A stretch of DNA of 64,000 bases from Bacterioplanoides sp. (GCF_965219715.1 NZ_OZ244785.1:484673-548672), one strand, 5' to 3'. Positions 1-9,607 are shown, counted from the first letter of the stretch. Notes: generated from the letters alone by a model not told the origin. Numbers and translations are program-made.

Positions 1-837
1 TTGCCGGAGTTCTTTAACAGTGGCGTTAATTTTTCCGATGAAATGTTAAGCGCTATCGAAACTGAGAACGGCCCGTCGGCGACCTTTCTGCAGCAGTTTT
101 CTGCCCAGCATCAGGTTGTGATTGGTGGCTCGTTTTTATGTCGTCTGACCAAATCGGATGGCAGTCCTGGTGGTGTTCGTAACCGCTATTTATGCTTTAA
201 CAAGGGCGAGTTGGTGGGTTATCACGATAAAGATTTACCCACCATGTGGGAGGCCGCGTATTACGAAAATGGAGAAGCTGGTGACGATGGCGTTTTGGGC
301 GATATTGATGGTATCCGCACAGGTACGGCAGTTTGTTGGGAGTTCTTACGCAGCCAAACATCCCGGAGATTGCAGGGAAAAATTGATGTGCTGATAGGTG
401 GCTCACACTGGTGGAGCATTCCGGAAAACTGGCCTGCATGGTTGACCCACAGTATGGAAGCACGCAATCAGGAGAACGTTATTGCAACGGTTCAACATAG
501 TGCCCGACTCATTGGTTGTCCGGTTATTCACGCCTCTCACTGTGGTCATTTCGAAGGCAGGCACCCAAGTGTTCCGTTTATGCCGTATCGTGGCCAATTG
601 GAGGGGCAGGCCGCCATTATTGATGGTCATGGTAATCTGCTGGCACATCGCAGCCGGGAACAGGGTGAAGGTTTTGTTATTGCGGATATTACCCCGGAGA
701 ATGTTAGCAACCAGGAGCCGATACCAGACAATTACTGGTTACGAAAACGTGGGGTATTGCCAACCTTTTCCTGGATTGCTGACGGCTTTGTTGGACGCCT
801 GTGGTACAAAAAGAACGTATTAAATAAATCACTGTAA
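1..837 (+). CDS. Carbon-nitrogen hydrolase (nitrilase superfamily), 5'-truncated by window edge
   Basis: Glu-Lys-Cys triad motifs LPEFF, YHDKDLP and AVCWE. The ORF runs off the window start. Confidence 0.85.
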   Translation: MPEFFNSGVNFSDEMLSAIETENGPSATFLQQFSAQHQVVIGGSFLCRLTKSDGSPGGVRNRYLCFNKGELVGYHDKDLPTMWEAAYYENGEAGDDGVLGDIDGIRTGTAVCWEFLRSQTSRRLQGKIDVLIGGSHWWSIPENWPAWLTHSMEARNQENVIATVQHSARLIGCPVIHASHCGHFEGRHPSVPFMPYRGQLEGQAAIIDGHGNLLAHRSREQGEGFVIADITPENVSNQEPIPDNYWLRKRGVLPTFSWIADGFVGRLWYKKNVLNKSL

Positions 838-850
838 AAGGAAAATAAAC

Positions 851-1315
851 GTGGTATTTCCTGATGGAACTCTGATGGCACAGCCCATTACTGACTGGAC
901 GCCAAAACCTGAATGGCTGCTGGTTACTGCAGCCCTTGCTATGCTGATTTCACTGATTGAAGCCTGGCTGGCAACACTGATTATTTATGGCAAAGTCGGA
1001 TGGCTGAAAAAGATATTTCCCGCCACTCATAATCTGATTCGTTCCCATGTGGATTACACCATAATGACTGGCCTGGCGGCGGTGCTGTATTTTGTCATTA
1101 TTCATTTGCAGTTGCAGATTCCACCGGCTGTTATTGCGATTTTCTGTATTGGGCTGTTGTACAACCCCGCCGGGTTTATTGCTAAAGCTGTTAATCCGAA
1201 TATGGGAAATAGCGATACCGTTCTTGGCAGGGTGATGGTGTGTGCCGGTTTCTTACCGGCGACCATTGGATTTGGTTACATTATGATCGCTGTTATCGAC
1301 AGCTTAATTGCTTGA
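851..1315 (+). CDS. Small 4-TM membrane protein, possibly styrene-oxide-isomerase-like
   Basis: Four hydrophobic helices, IRSHVDY His motif; starts 13 bp after the hydrolase stop. Confidence 0.6.
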   Translation: MVFPDGTLMAQPITDWTPKPEWLLVTAALAMLISLIEAWLATLIIYGKVGWLKKIFPATHNLIRSHVDYTIMTGLAAVLYFVIIHLQLQIPPAVIAIFCIGLLYNPAGFIAKAVNPNMGNSDTVLGRVMVCAGFLPATIGFGYIMIAVIDSLIA

Positions 1316-1431
1316 TGAGTGATCTAATGATAAATACCTAATTTACTGACAATACAATAAATTGAGTACTAATGAGTTTTTGATTCGATTAATTTTCCGG
1401 CTTCGATTAACACAACACGGAGTTGTTTCTT

Positions 1432-2214
1432 ATGTTCAGAAAATTATTAGTTTCTTCATTGCTTATGGTTTCTGCATCAGCCTCGCTGGCTGGTGTACAA
1501 ACTTTCACCACTGAAAACATCGGTGGGATTGATAATTTCGTTTATCCCAACCTGGATGTCAGCGGTATAAGTGGCATTGATATTCGCCTTGAGTCAACTC
1601 AGGTTCCGGGCAGCCCGGAGACACAAAACGTAATTAAGCGGGTAGAATTTAAGCTGCCAAATGCTAATAACGTGATTGCAACAAACCTGGTAAAAAGCAC
1701 CACGTCACCGGATAGCTACCGTAAAATCATCAACAGCCCGTGGGTATTCAAAAAGCTGTTAGTTGAGATTAAGGGTTATGAAATCAGCGAAGGTCAGAAC
1801 ATTGAATACCGCGTGATGGTGGTTGAAAACCACTCAAGCAATAACGTGCTGGAAGAAGCGGCTGGTCAAACTGTGATCAGTGGCAACGCTGTTCTGGTGG
1901 ACAAAACCCGTAACAAAGTGGTTGATGTTACCCGTGCCACCGTTGCTGGAAAGCGCGTAACTCTAAAGCTGCTGGATCGCATTAAAAATGATAAAGCCCA
2001 GGTTGAGGCTGTATGGATGGGGCATGGCACCAAGACTCTGCTGATCGATGCGCCTGCTTATAATGCCACTGCAAAGTCCATCAAGTTACAAACGGCTGGA
2101 GATGACAATGCAGTTGAAGTGGTTGTGGTTGATAGCTTTGGTTCTGAACAAACCCACTTCAGTCCAAGTCTGAAACAGCTTTTGGAAGCGGCGTTTGGTC
2201 CAATTCCTCAGTGA
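1432..2214 (+). CDS. Secreted beta-rich hypothetical protein
   Basis: ATG at 1432 after GGAG; signal peptide MFRKLLVSSLLMVSASASLA; followed by a terminator. Confidence 0.75.
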   Translation: MFRKLLVSSLLMVSASASLAGVQTFTTENIGGIDNFVYPNLDVSGISGIDIRLESTQVPGSPETQNVIKRVEFKLPNANNVIATNLVKSTTSPDSYRKIINSPWVFKKLLVEIKGYEISEGQNIEYRVMVVENHSSNNVLEEAAGQTVISGNAVLVDKTRNKVVDVTRATVAGKRVTLKLLDRIKNDKAQVEAVWMGHGTKTLLIDAPAYNATAKSIKLQTAGDDNAVEVVVVDSFGSEQTHFSPSLKQLLEAAFGPIPQ

Positions 2215-2246
2215 ACACCGTTACAGATTTGCAGTTAAAATAACGA

Positions 2247-2280
2247 AAATAAAAAACCGCCTGAAGGCGGTTTTTTATTT
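2247..2280. terminator. Bidirectional intrinsic terminator
   Basis: AAATAAAAAACCGCC-TGAA-GGCGGTTTTTTATTT between convergent genes. Confidence 0.85.
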
Positions 2281-2375
2281 TTCTGATTCTGAACTTAGTC
2301 AGAACTGCTTTATCTGGTTGGTCTGAAAATCGTTCAATCAAATGGCCTGAAATAAACAGATCCGGATTGAACAGA

Positions 2376-2957
2376 TTAAAAATAAATATTGGCCTCCAGA
2401 GAAACCGCACTGACGTCCTCGTGAAAGTGAGCAATATTTTCGTAAGTCAGTGACAGGTCGAGATCGCTGGCGACTTTCAGCTCCAGACCGGCGCCATAAA
2501 CAAAACCGCTTGAGGTAATTTTACCGGTGCGCTCTTTTGATGATTGAAAATTATATTTAAATTCTGCGGTATTCAGACCGAGAATTAACAATGGCGTCAG
2601 GGTTTTATTACCAAGTGGGCGAACCTTTGCCAGTGCACTCAGGCTGTAGGCGAGTTTAGCGGCATATTGCGCTGTTTTATCTTTTTCATTCTCATAATCA
2701 GACGTCTGGTTTTTGATCCCTGTAGCCAGCTCCAGGTGTGTACTGAAATAGGGTGACACACGATCTGAAACAGCAATCGCGACGGCGGGAAAATCATTGC
2801 TTTTATCAATGCGAGATACGTCGCTCTGGTGTGGTACGGCAGCATTAATATGCTTGTAGGCAATGCCAAACTTAAGCTGATGGTTGGTGCTCTGATCTGC
2901 CTGTGCCATCGTAGAAAGGCTAATCAGTAGCGAGAGAAGTGGCAGCGCCGGTTTCAT
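2376..2957 (-). CDS. Outer-membrane beta-barrel protein (OmpA-like transmembrane domain)
   Basis: Signal peptide, amphipathic strands (GFVYGAGLELKV), C-terminal Phe (ANIYF). Confidence 0.8.
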   Translation of the reverse strand: MKPALPLLSLLISLSTMAQADQSTNHQLKFGIAYKHINAAVPHQSDVSRIDKSNDFPAVAIAVSDRVSPYFSTHLELATGIKNQTSDYENEKDKTAQYAAKLAYSLSALAKVRPLGNKTLTPLLILGLNTAEFKYNFQSSKERTGKITSSGFVYGAGLELKVASDLDLSLTYENIAHFHEDVSAVSLEANIYF

Positions 2958-2995
2958 TAATACTTCCTTATTTCATGAAGCGGATAAAACCCAGA

Positions 2996-3014
2996 GATGA
3001 TATCCATTCTCATT
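2996..3014 (-). promoter_or_regulatory. Possible Fur box upstream of the beta-barrel gene
   Basis: Minus-strand AATGAGAATGGATATCATC resembles AATGATAATnATTATCATT with three mismatches. Confidence 0.4.
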
Positions 3015-3138
3015 GATATAAGGAAGTAAATTATCAGTAGCAGCGGCGACGGGATAAACGATTTGAGACGTCTATCCCATTGCTGAATGCATTAGCAAAT
3101 TCAGGGTTGCCACTTCTGCTGAATACAGCACCTTAGCA

Positions 3139-4620
3139 TTAATGAAATACGGAGAATCCGGTGTCGTTACCAATGCGCTTCAGGCTATTGCTTTTAAGCA
3201 CATTCACGCTGTAAATGCCGCCGTAATTTCTGCCATCGGTATCCAGCGTACTCAGTAGTGCAACGCCACTTTTGCTGGTGTAAGGGTCCAGACGAACCGC
3301 TTCAACGCTTTTATCAAACTGTGCCAGCACGTGCAGCGGTTTTGATTGCGCCGCAGACCAGGCCACCAGGCTGTTGTTGGTTTCGCCATAGTTCAGTAAC
3401 ACGGGCAGATTGTTCTCGCTATTGATTGGGCTGCCGACGTTGACCCAGCTGGCGTTCTCAATGTTAGTCACTTTACCCGCGTTGCTGATTAAGCTGGCTA
3501 CCCGGCTTTTATCAGTGTTGGCTCCGCCAGACACAAAGCCACCTTCAACGGCGTAAAGCGTGCTGCTGGCATTGGCGATGGTCAGGTTCAGTTCGGTAAC
3601 AACCGGAGCAGATACCGATGTGAAATTCACCAGTTTGTAGCGCGTCAAAGCGCCAAATTGAGTACGTACAATGGCACTGTTCTGACCCAGATCGATATTA
3701 CGGATATCGGCACTTGGGTTGCTGTTATCTGCGCCATTGTCGTTATAAACCAGAGTGGAGGTTTTGCTCGCCAGGTCGTAGTGATACAGCTTGGCGGAAT
3801 CGGCGTAGACAAAAGTTCCGCTGTGCAGGCTTTCGGCTTCGGTCCAGCTGTTGCTGCTGGTGTAGAAGGCTTCGCCCAGCTCGCCAGCGGCTAGCTGAGT
3901 GGCGGTGACATCGTACAGGTCTGAGCCAATTCGCAGGATCACTGAGCTGTGATTAGCGAAATTAAAGACATGCACGGGAGCATCAATGCCGTTTTTTAAC
4001 TGCACGGTTTCGCCATCTAAGTTGGCGTACAACAGCGTATCGCCACGTTCACCCGTACGAATCACCATACCGGTCAGGTTGTTATTGATCACCACGGCGT
4101 CCGCATCGTAGTTATCGGCAACTGCAGCATTGGCAATGGCCAGTGGTGCTTCGCTGCTGGTCTGGCTGCTATCAATGCGCCAGTAACGGTTGTCGGCGGT
4201 CTTGCCACAATCGTTGTCGGCGCCGGGAGTGGAATAAAACAGATAGGCTTTGCCAACGGAACCAAAAGCTTCGTTGTCGCACACTTCGTTGCTGATTAAT
4301 GCACTGCTGACCTGAGACGCCGCATTCGTGGTGGCTGACACCTGATACCAACGCTGATCTTTCAGATAAAACATGGTGCCAAATATTTCGCGGCCCTGGC
4401 TGTCGTATTGGTCGGCCAGATCAAGCAACTTGGGCTTAGAAACAACCTCTTTAATTTCGTTGTTGGTTTTATTAAAACTTAAAATGGTTTCGCTGGCGGG
4501 CTTGGCGAAATAGGTGAACTCGTTTTCGGCTTTTTTACTGCTGCTGGAATCAGAACCACAAGCAGTTAACAGAGCGATAGGTAAAGCCAACAGGAAAGGG
4601 AACGTAACAATACGTGTCAC
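3139..4620 (-). CDS. Lipoprotein of unknown function, beta-rich (propeller-like)
   Basis: Lipobox LLTA-C followed by a GSDSSSS linker. GTG at 4620 has a GGAG upstream; the ORF track starts at 4632. Confidence 0.75.
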   Translation of the reverse strand: MTRIVTFPFLLALPIALLTACGSDSSSSKKAENEFTYFAKPASETILSFNKTNNEIKEVVSKPKLLDLADQYDSQGREIFGTMFYLKDQRWYQVSATTNAASQVSSALISNEVCDNEAFGSVGKAYLFYSTPGADNDCGKTADNRYWRIDSSQTSSEAPLAIANAAVADNYDADAVVINNNLTGMVIRTGERGDTLLYANLDGETVQLKNGIDAPVHVFNFANHSSVILRIGSDLYDVTATQLAAGELGEAFYTSSNSWTEAESLHSGTFVYADSAKLYHYDLASKTSTLVYNDNGADNSNPSADIRNIDLGQNSAIVRTQFGALTRYKLVNFTSVSAPVVTELNLTIANASSTLYAVEGGFVSGGANTDKSRVASLISNAGKVTNIENASWVNVGSPINSENNLPVLLNYGETNNSLVAWSAAQSKPLHVLAQFDKSVEAVRLDPYTSKSGVALLSTLDTDGRNYGGIYSVNVLKSNSLKRIGNDTGFSVFH

Positions 4621-4858
4621 TGGGATCTCCACTGAATCTACGTGTAATACAAAAACAGCGCATGTCTGATGGATAAATCAGATCATTCGCTGTTTAACTG
4701 GCCCGGACTATACCCGAATGAAAATGAACAGACTGTGAACTCTTGTTGTTTTGGACAACTTTTTACGCCGTTCTTACGCGGATGTTCGTTACGCTGGTTT
4801 TGTGAATTACCAATTGGCCCATCAGATTACATAATGGCTCAGTCGTTAAAAGAACAAG

Positions 4859-6043
4859 TCAGTGTGAAGTTTTCTTTTCACGATGGTTTTGGCGTTTTTT
4901 TAACCAGATAACGATGCCGCTGTAGCTGAAATAACAGATCATTAATCCCAATAAAAACACCAGTAATTGATAAGGCCAGCCGAATACTTCCGCCATATGC
5001 AAACCGTATAACCACTGAGTTACGGTAATTGCTGCGTGTTGTTCACTCGGCCAGTATTCGCCTAATAATTGACCACTATTAGCATCGATGTATATCCGGC
5101 TGCGGGTCAGTTGTGGGTCGAGATCCCGGGATGAATTAAACCGATAAACATAACTGTTGGAGAATTCGCTGTAGCGGATTGAACCTTCTAGGCCGAGTTC
5201 CAGTCGGTATTTCTCGCTTAAATCTTGTGCGTGCTGACGGGCGAACATCAGCGCTTTATACATCTTCATTTCCGGAAGTTGATGGCCTGCAGAGGGTGTA
5301 GCCGGTGGTTCGCCGAGTACCGTGTAGGTCACCGGTTTATAAACATCGCGCAGGTTAAATGCCACCGACGACCAGGCAAAAATCAGTAACAATCCCCACA
5401 ACCATAAACCGGCCGAGCGGTGTAATAAAAAATGAAATGAATAACCACGGCTGCGCCAGCGCATTTTAAAACTCTGCTTCCAGCGGCTGAAAAATAACCG
5501 TAAGCGAAACACCTTCACTACCGGCAAGGTTGTTACCAGTGAGATAAAACAATCCAGCGTCCACAGCAGGGCGACAATACCCAACAACCAATAGCCCCAG
5601 TTATTTGGAATCCATAAGGTGTAATGCAGTTTATAGATAAAACCCATCAGGTTTCGCAAGCTCTGGCCAAGGTCGGATGGGTCGCGCAGGCCGATGATGT
5701 CGGCGGTGTAGGGATTAATAAATAACTGACTGAAGCCACCGTCATGACGTACCCAGATCAGTAATGACCGACCATCGCGGAAATTCAATGGCATGGTGTT
5801 GAACTCACCATCAAATGTGGCGACGTGGCGTCGTGCGATCAGGAATAATTCACTCGGCTCCAGAAACTGATCACCGTGCTCGGCGGTATAAAACAACTGC
5901 GGGTTCAGCCATTCATCAATTTCGTCGTGATAGGCCAGGGCTGCCCCGGTTATGCCAGTAACAATCAGGAATAGCGCGGCTGTTAAACCGAGGTAGCGGT
6001 GTAGCAGGATAAACCATTGTTTGTGTCTGGCGTGGGTGAACAT
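4859..6043 (-). CDS. PepSY-associated TM helix protein (FoxB/PiuB-like membrane reductase)
   Basis: His-bearing helices LHRYLG, YKLHYTL, LLHRSAG and YGLHMA around periplasmic domains. Confidence 0.85.
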   Translation of the reverse strand: MFTHARHKQWFILLHRYLGLTAALFLIVTGITGAALAYHDEIDEWLNPQLFYTAEHGDQFLEPSELFLIARRHVATFDGEFNTMPLNFRDGRSLLIWVRHDGGFSQLFINPYTADIIGLRDPSDLGQSLRNLMGFIYKLHYTLWIPNNWGYWLLGIVALLWTLDCFISLVTTLPVVKVFRLRLFFSRWKQSFKMRWRSRGYSFHFLLHRSAGLWLWGLLLIFAWSSVAFNLRDVYKPVTYTVLGEPPATPSAGHQLPEMKMYKALMFARQHAQDLSEKYRLELGLEGSIRYSEFSNSYVYRFNSSRDLDPQLTRSRIYIDANSGQLLGEYWPSEQHAAITVTQWLYGLHMAEVFGWPYQLLVFLLGLMICYFSYSGIVIWLKKRQNHREKKTSH

Positions 6044-6069
6044 GAATAATTAAGGGGGATGGCTCAGGG

Positions 6070-6408
6070 TTATTTATTGTTGAGCTCTTCGAGCTGCACG
6101 AGTAATTCTGGAATGTTCTCAGAAACTATGTTCCAGAGAATATCGTTATCGATACCAAGGTAGCCATGAATCAGCTGATTTCTTGTTGCTACCATCATTC
6201 GCCAGGGGACCTCTGGGTATTGGTCTCGAATACCCGGTGGAATATGAGTTGCCGCTTCACCGATAACTTCGATATTTCGGATAGTGGCATCGTAAGTGAG
6301 GCTGCTGGATTCAAAGTCAACCTGAGTCATATCTGCGGTATAGCTAAGAATCTTCTCAGAACAGGAAATCATATCCTGAATATAGAACTGCCATTCACGA
6401 TCAGACAT
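6070..6408 (-). CDS. hepT: HEPN (DUF86) ribonuclease toxin, HepT-like
   Basis: RNQLIHGY matches RX4HXY; overlaps the MNT gene by 8 bp. Confidence 0.85.
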   Translation of the reverse strand: MSDREWQFYIQDMISCSEKILSYTADMTQVDFESSSLTYDATIRNIEVIGEAATHIPPGIRDQYPEVPWRMMVATRNQLIHGYLGIDNDILWNIVSENIPELLVQLEELNNK

Positions 6409-6691
6409 CTATGCGATCCTGATTAATATAAGGCTCTAGTTCTTTGCGCAGTGCTTTGCGGGTAACCAGATCAACGGAAGAACCGAGCATATCTTCTAAA
6501 TAGAACTGAACTCCAAAGAACTGCTTTGAGGTGGCAGGGCCATCGAAGTCGATGAGGATGTCTATATCGCTGTCATCGTTAGCTGTATTACGCGCCGTGG
6601 AGCCAAACAGAGACAACGCAGACAAGCGATAACGCTCCTGCAGAATTGGCTTGCAACGAGATAGAATCTCCAAGACCTGGTCTCTGTTCAC
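6401..6691 (-). CDS. mntA: Minimal nucleotidyltransferase antitoxin, MntA-like
   Basis: FGSTARNTANDDSDIDI matches GSX10DXD; GTG start with AAGGAGG. Confidence 0.85.
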   Translation of the reverse strand: MNRDQVLEILSRCKPILQERYRLSALSLFGSTARNTANDDSDIDILIDFDGPATSKQFFGVQFYLEDMLGSSVDLVTRKALRKELEPYINQDRIDV

Positions 6692-6765
6692 AGTCGCCTC
6701 CTTAGGCAGATCTGAATGGATAAGGGAAAGTTTAACCCAGATTGGCAGTTAGCCAAAAGCACCGA

Positions 6766-7158
6766 TCACTTCAATAACGGCGCTACCACCAGCACACAGC
6801 TGCTGACAAAACCTACGCCCCAGCTCAGGCTGCGCATTGCATGAACATCCATCCAATAGAACACCGTGTAGAGCACCCGGCCAGCGATAAATAGCAGGCA
6901 ACAGGCATTAACCAGAGTTTCGTCTGCCTGGAAAAACAACGCGCAGAACAGGCCTGCAATAAAGACTGGCAGTGCTTCAAGACTGTTCATGTGAGCGGAG
7001 AGTGCGCGTTTGCCGAAACCAGTCAGCTGCGCCTGCTGATCTCGCGGGTAGCGGTTGTTGTAGCCGCCTTTCTGTTGGTTCATGGCGTATGCCACCGGCA
7101 TCTTAGTGATTACGATCGACAGGATGGCGAATAGTACAGTCAGTACTGGGATGGTCAT
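6766..7158 (-). CDS. MAPEG family membrane protein
   Basis: YNNRYPRDQQAQL..RALSAHMNSLEALP motif, 4 TM helices. Confidence 0.85.
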   Translation of the reverse strand: MTIPVLTVLFAILSIVITKMPVAYAMNQQKGGYNNRYPRDQQAQLTGFGKRALSAHMNSLEALPVFIAGLFCALFFQADETLVNACCLLFIAGRVLYTVFYWMDVHAMRSLSWGVGFVSSCVLVVAPLLK

Positions 7159-7539
7159 TTATCAGGCTCCGGTTAGGAATGAGTCAGGTTGTGAAAGTGT
7201 CGGACAGTGTGGCTGGCTGCGGTGTTCGGTTGAAGGGTGAATCAAGACAGAAGGGTGGTAAATACGGACAGGGTTGGTTGTGGTTGAGTTGGCCTATCTG
7301 CGCAGGTTGATTGTCGGATTGGCCTAAAAACAATGGAAGATGTCGTCTCAGGTCAATTTATTAATGGATAAGATTGTTAGTATTGGGGCCAATATTGAAT
7401 GAGTCTGCCAAGGTTTTACTGCTCTGAGGTTGAAGAGTAGGGGTGGACAGGGAATACAAGGATCTCGTGTGATGACGGTCATACGTTACTTCTGGAACAT
7501 CTCATTTTTAGGAAAAATAGAGTTGTAAGGGGAAAGAGT

Positions 7540-9129
7540 ATGAAAAAGGATGTGGTCGCATACTTAGCAAAGGAAGGTGTTACTAAAGATGATTTTATTG
7601 ACAGAAGTTCGCGGCCGCAGCGGATCGAAATTAATCATGATGACTTGGTGGCAGAGCTTTATATCAAAAGGAAAGAAAGCACTCCCCAATGGCTGGAGTT
7701 GTTTAGTGACATTGATATTAGTGATGCGCTTAGAAAACAGAGCACTCTCAGAGGTCTATTGTTAGTCGAATCTGGTGATAGATTGATAGCTCTAACCTTT
7801 GGCCATGGCAGGTCATTAATAAAACAACACTTAATAGTTCGTGGATTCGGACTGAGGGTTGCGATGAACCTTGGCAACCCGAAGCAATTGAAATCTATCG
7901 ATAAATCTACATTAGACAAAGTCTCGTTAAACACCAGATCTCAAGCAGCAAAAAATACTGGGGTAGAGGACTTTGGATTTGAATTTGATCACGAAATATT
8001 GAAGTCGTTAACTGCTATTGTGGATGGAGATGATGAAGATCTCGAAATAGTATCAGGTAAGGATTCTGTTTCGTTATATACGGATATTCGTTTTGATACG
8101 ATTCAGGAGATTGTCGATCGACTTATCGAGGCTTATAAGTTAGAAGATTTTCGCCGAACATATCCTTGGGCTGAAGATATTGAGCCTGAGCGTGATGGTT
8201 TGATTGTCGATGCGTTAGACGAGCTGGTTGTTACTAAGCTAAACCGAGGAGAGATAGACGGTCTGTGGATGTCACCACCAGAGATTATCGACTATATGGA
8301 TTTTTCTGGGTTTGTATACCGCCAGCGAGATCCCATTGTTAAGTACCAAGAATTAAATTTACCTTCTTTTATAAGCGATGCTGGATTTCGAGGTGATTTA
8401 ACCGTTTCTTCCCTCAAGTCAAAGAAGGTGTGTATCTACAATGCTTCGGAAAGCTATAAAGAGCATTGGAGCGCTTTTCGCTGTTTAAATGGTGAAATGG
8501 ATCTGGATGGAGCAAGATATATCCTAAATGACGGGCAATGGTACAAGATTAAGCAATCATTCTACGAAGAGGTTTGTGATTTCTTTAATGGAATTAAAAA
8601 ATCGAACTTACTCTTTCCAGATTATCAAGGTCGAAAAGAAGGCCCTTACCTACGTTCAATCGCGAATGATGTTGATTTGGCGCTATTAGATCAGAAGTGG
8701 GTCAGACCGAACGGCGTTACGAATAACTTGGAATTTTGCGATCTGTTATCAAGCTGTAATGGGATTATCCACGTGAAGAAATATGGCGCATCTTCCGTAT
8801 TAAATCATCTATTCGCCCAAGCCTACCAGTCCATAGAAATGCTCGTTAATAGCCCAGAAGTTATTGAGAGAGTTAACGAACATCTTGCGAATACGAAATT
8901 GACTTTGAATTTTGATCCAAATATTTCTCCACGGGTTCAAAGAATTGTTTTGGCAATTATGGATCATCGAAATGGGGATCTAGATATTCCATTCTTTGCC
9001 AAAGTTAATCTTCGGCAGTATGTCAGAAAAATCACTGCTATGGGGTTTGCTGTCGAGCTAGCTAAAATTAATATGGGCTTGCCGATGACAGATTTGGAAT
9101 TAAAGGCTGAAGAGAAAGCCTTAGCTTGA
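7540..9129 (+). CDS. TIGR04141/DUF6119-like sporadically distributed protein
   Basis: Family motifs TFGHG..GFGLRVAMN and EFCDLL..IIHVKK.GASSVLNHLFAQ; visibly AT-richer than its neighbours. Confidence 0.75.
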   Translation: MKKDVVAYLAKEGVTKDDFIDRSSRPQRIEINHDDLVAELYIKRKESTPQWLELFSDIDISDALRKQSTLRGLLLVESGDRLIALTFGHGRSLIKQHLIVRGFGLRVAMNLGNPKQLKSIDKSTLDKVSLNTRSQAAKNTGVEDFGFEFDHEILKSLTAIVDGDDEDLEIVSGKDSVSLYTDIRFDTIQEIVDRLIEAYKLEDFRRTYPWAEDIEPERDGLIVDALDELVVTKLNRGEIDGLWMSPPEIIDYMDFSGFVYRQRDPIVKYQELNLPSFISDAGFRGDLTVSSLKSKKVCIYNASESYKEHWSAFRCLNGEMDLDGARYILNDGQWYKIKQSFYEEVCDFFNGIKKSNLLFPDYQGRKEGPYLRSIANDVDLALLDQKWVRPNGVTNNLEFCDLLSSCNGIIHVKKYGASSVLNHLFAQAYQSIEMLVNSPEVIERVNEHLANTKLTLNFDPNISPRVQRIVLAIMDHRNGDLDIPFFAKVNLRQYVRKITAMGFAVELAKINMGLPMTDLELKAEEKALA

Positions 9130-9367
9130 TTAGTTGAATTTTGAGTATATCTAGATTTAGAGAGTTATGCGCCGATTACTTGATATAAGATCCATAGGTA
9201 ATTAGCCAGTACTTGAACACTAGGGAATAGTTTATAGCAACCTATGTGCTATTTGACCGGTTAAAGTAATGTTTGGTGAAAACATCCTGGTTGTCTGCCT
9301 TTGGCTATCCCCCTACAATGTCGCTCGTTTTTACACTATCCCATTACCTTAAACTCAGGTTGTAACA

Positions 9368-9607
9368 ATGAGCGACAAGCCAGCACTGCCAGACCACCTG
9401 TCTGTTAACCCTAAAAGCAAGTTCTACGCAGAAGAGTACTTCGAGCATGAAGTCGGTATCCGCCTGAACGGCAAAGAGCGCAACAACGTTGAAGAATACT
9501 GCATCAGCGAAGGCTGGGTGAAAGTATCCTCACCAGTTGCCAAAGACCGTTTCGGCAACCCAATGCTGGTGAAGCTGAAAGGCGAAGTAGAAGCGTTCTA
9601 CAAGTAA
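9368..9607 (+). CDS. DUF3297 family protein
   Basis: Characteristic LPDHLSVNPKSKFY..GKERNNVEEYCISEGWV sequence. Confidence 0.8.
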   Translation: MSDKPALPDHLSVNPKSKFYAEEYFEHEVGIRLNGKERNNVEEYCISEGWVKVSSPVAKDRFGNPMLVKLKGEVEAFYK

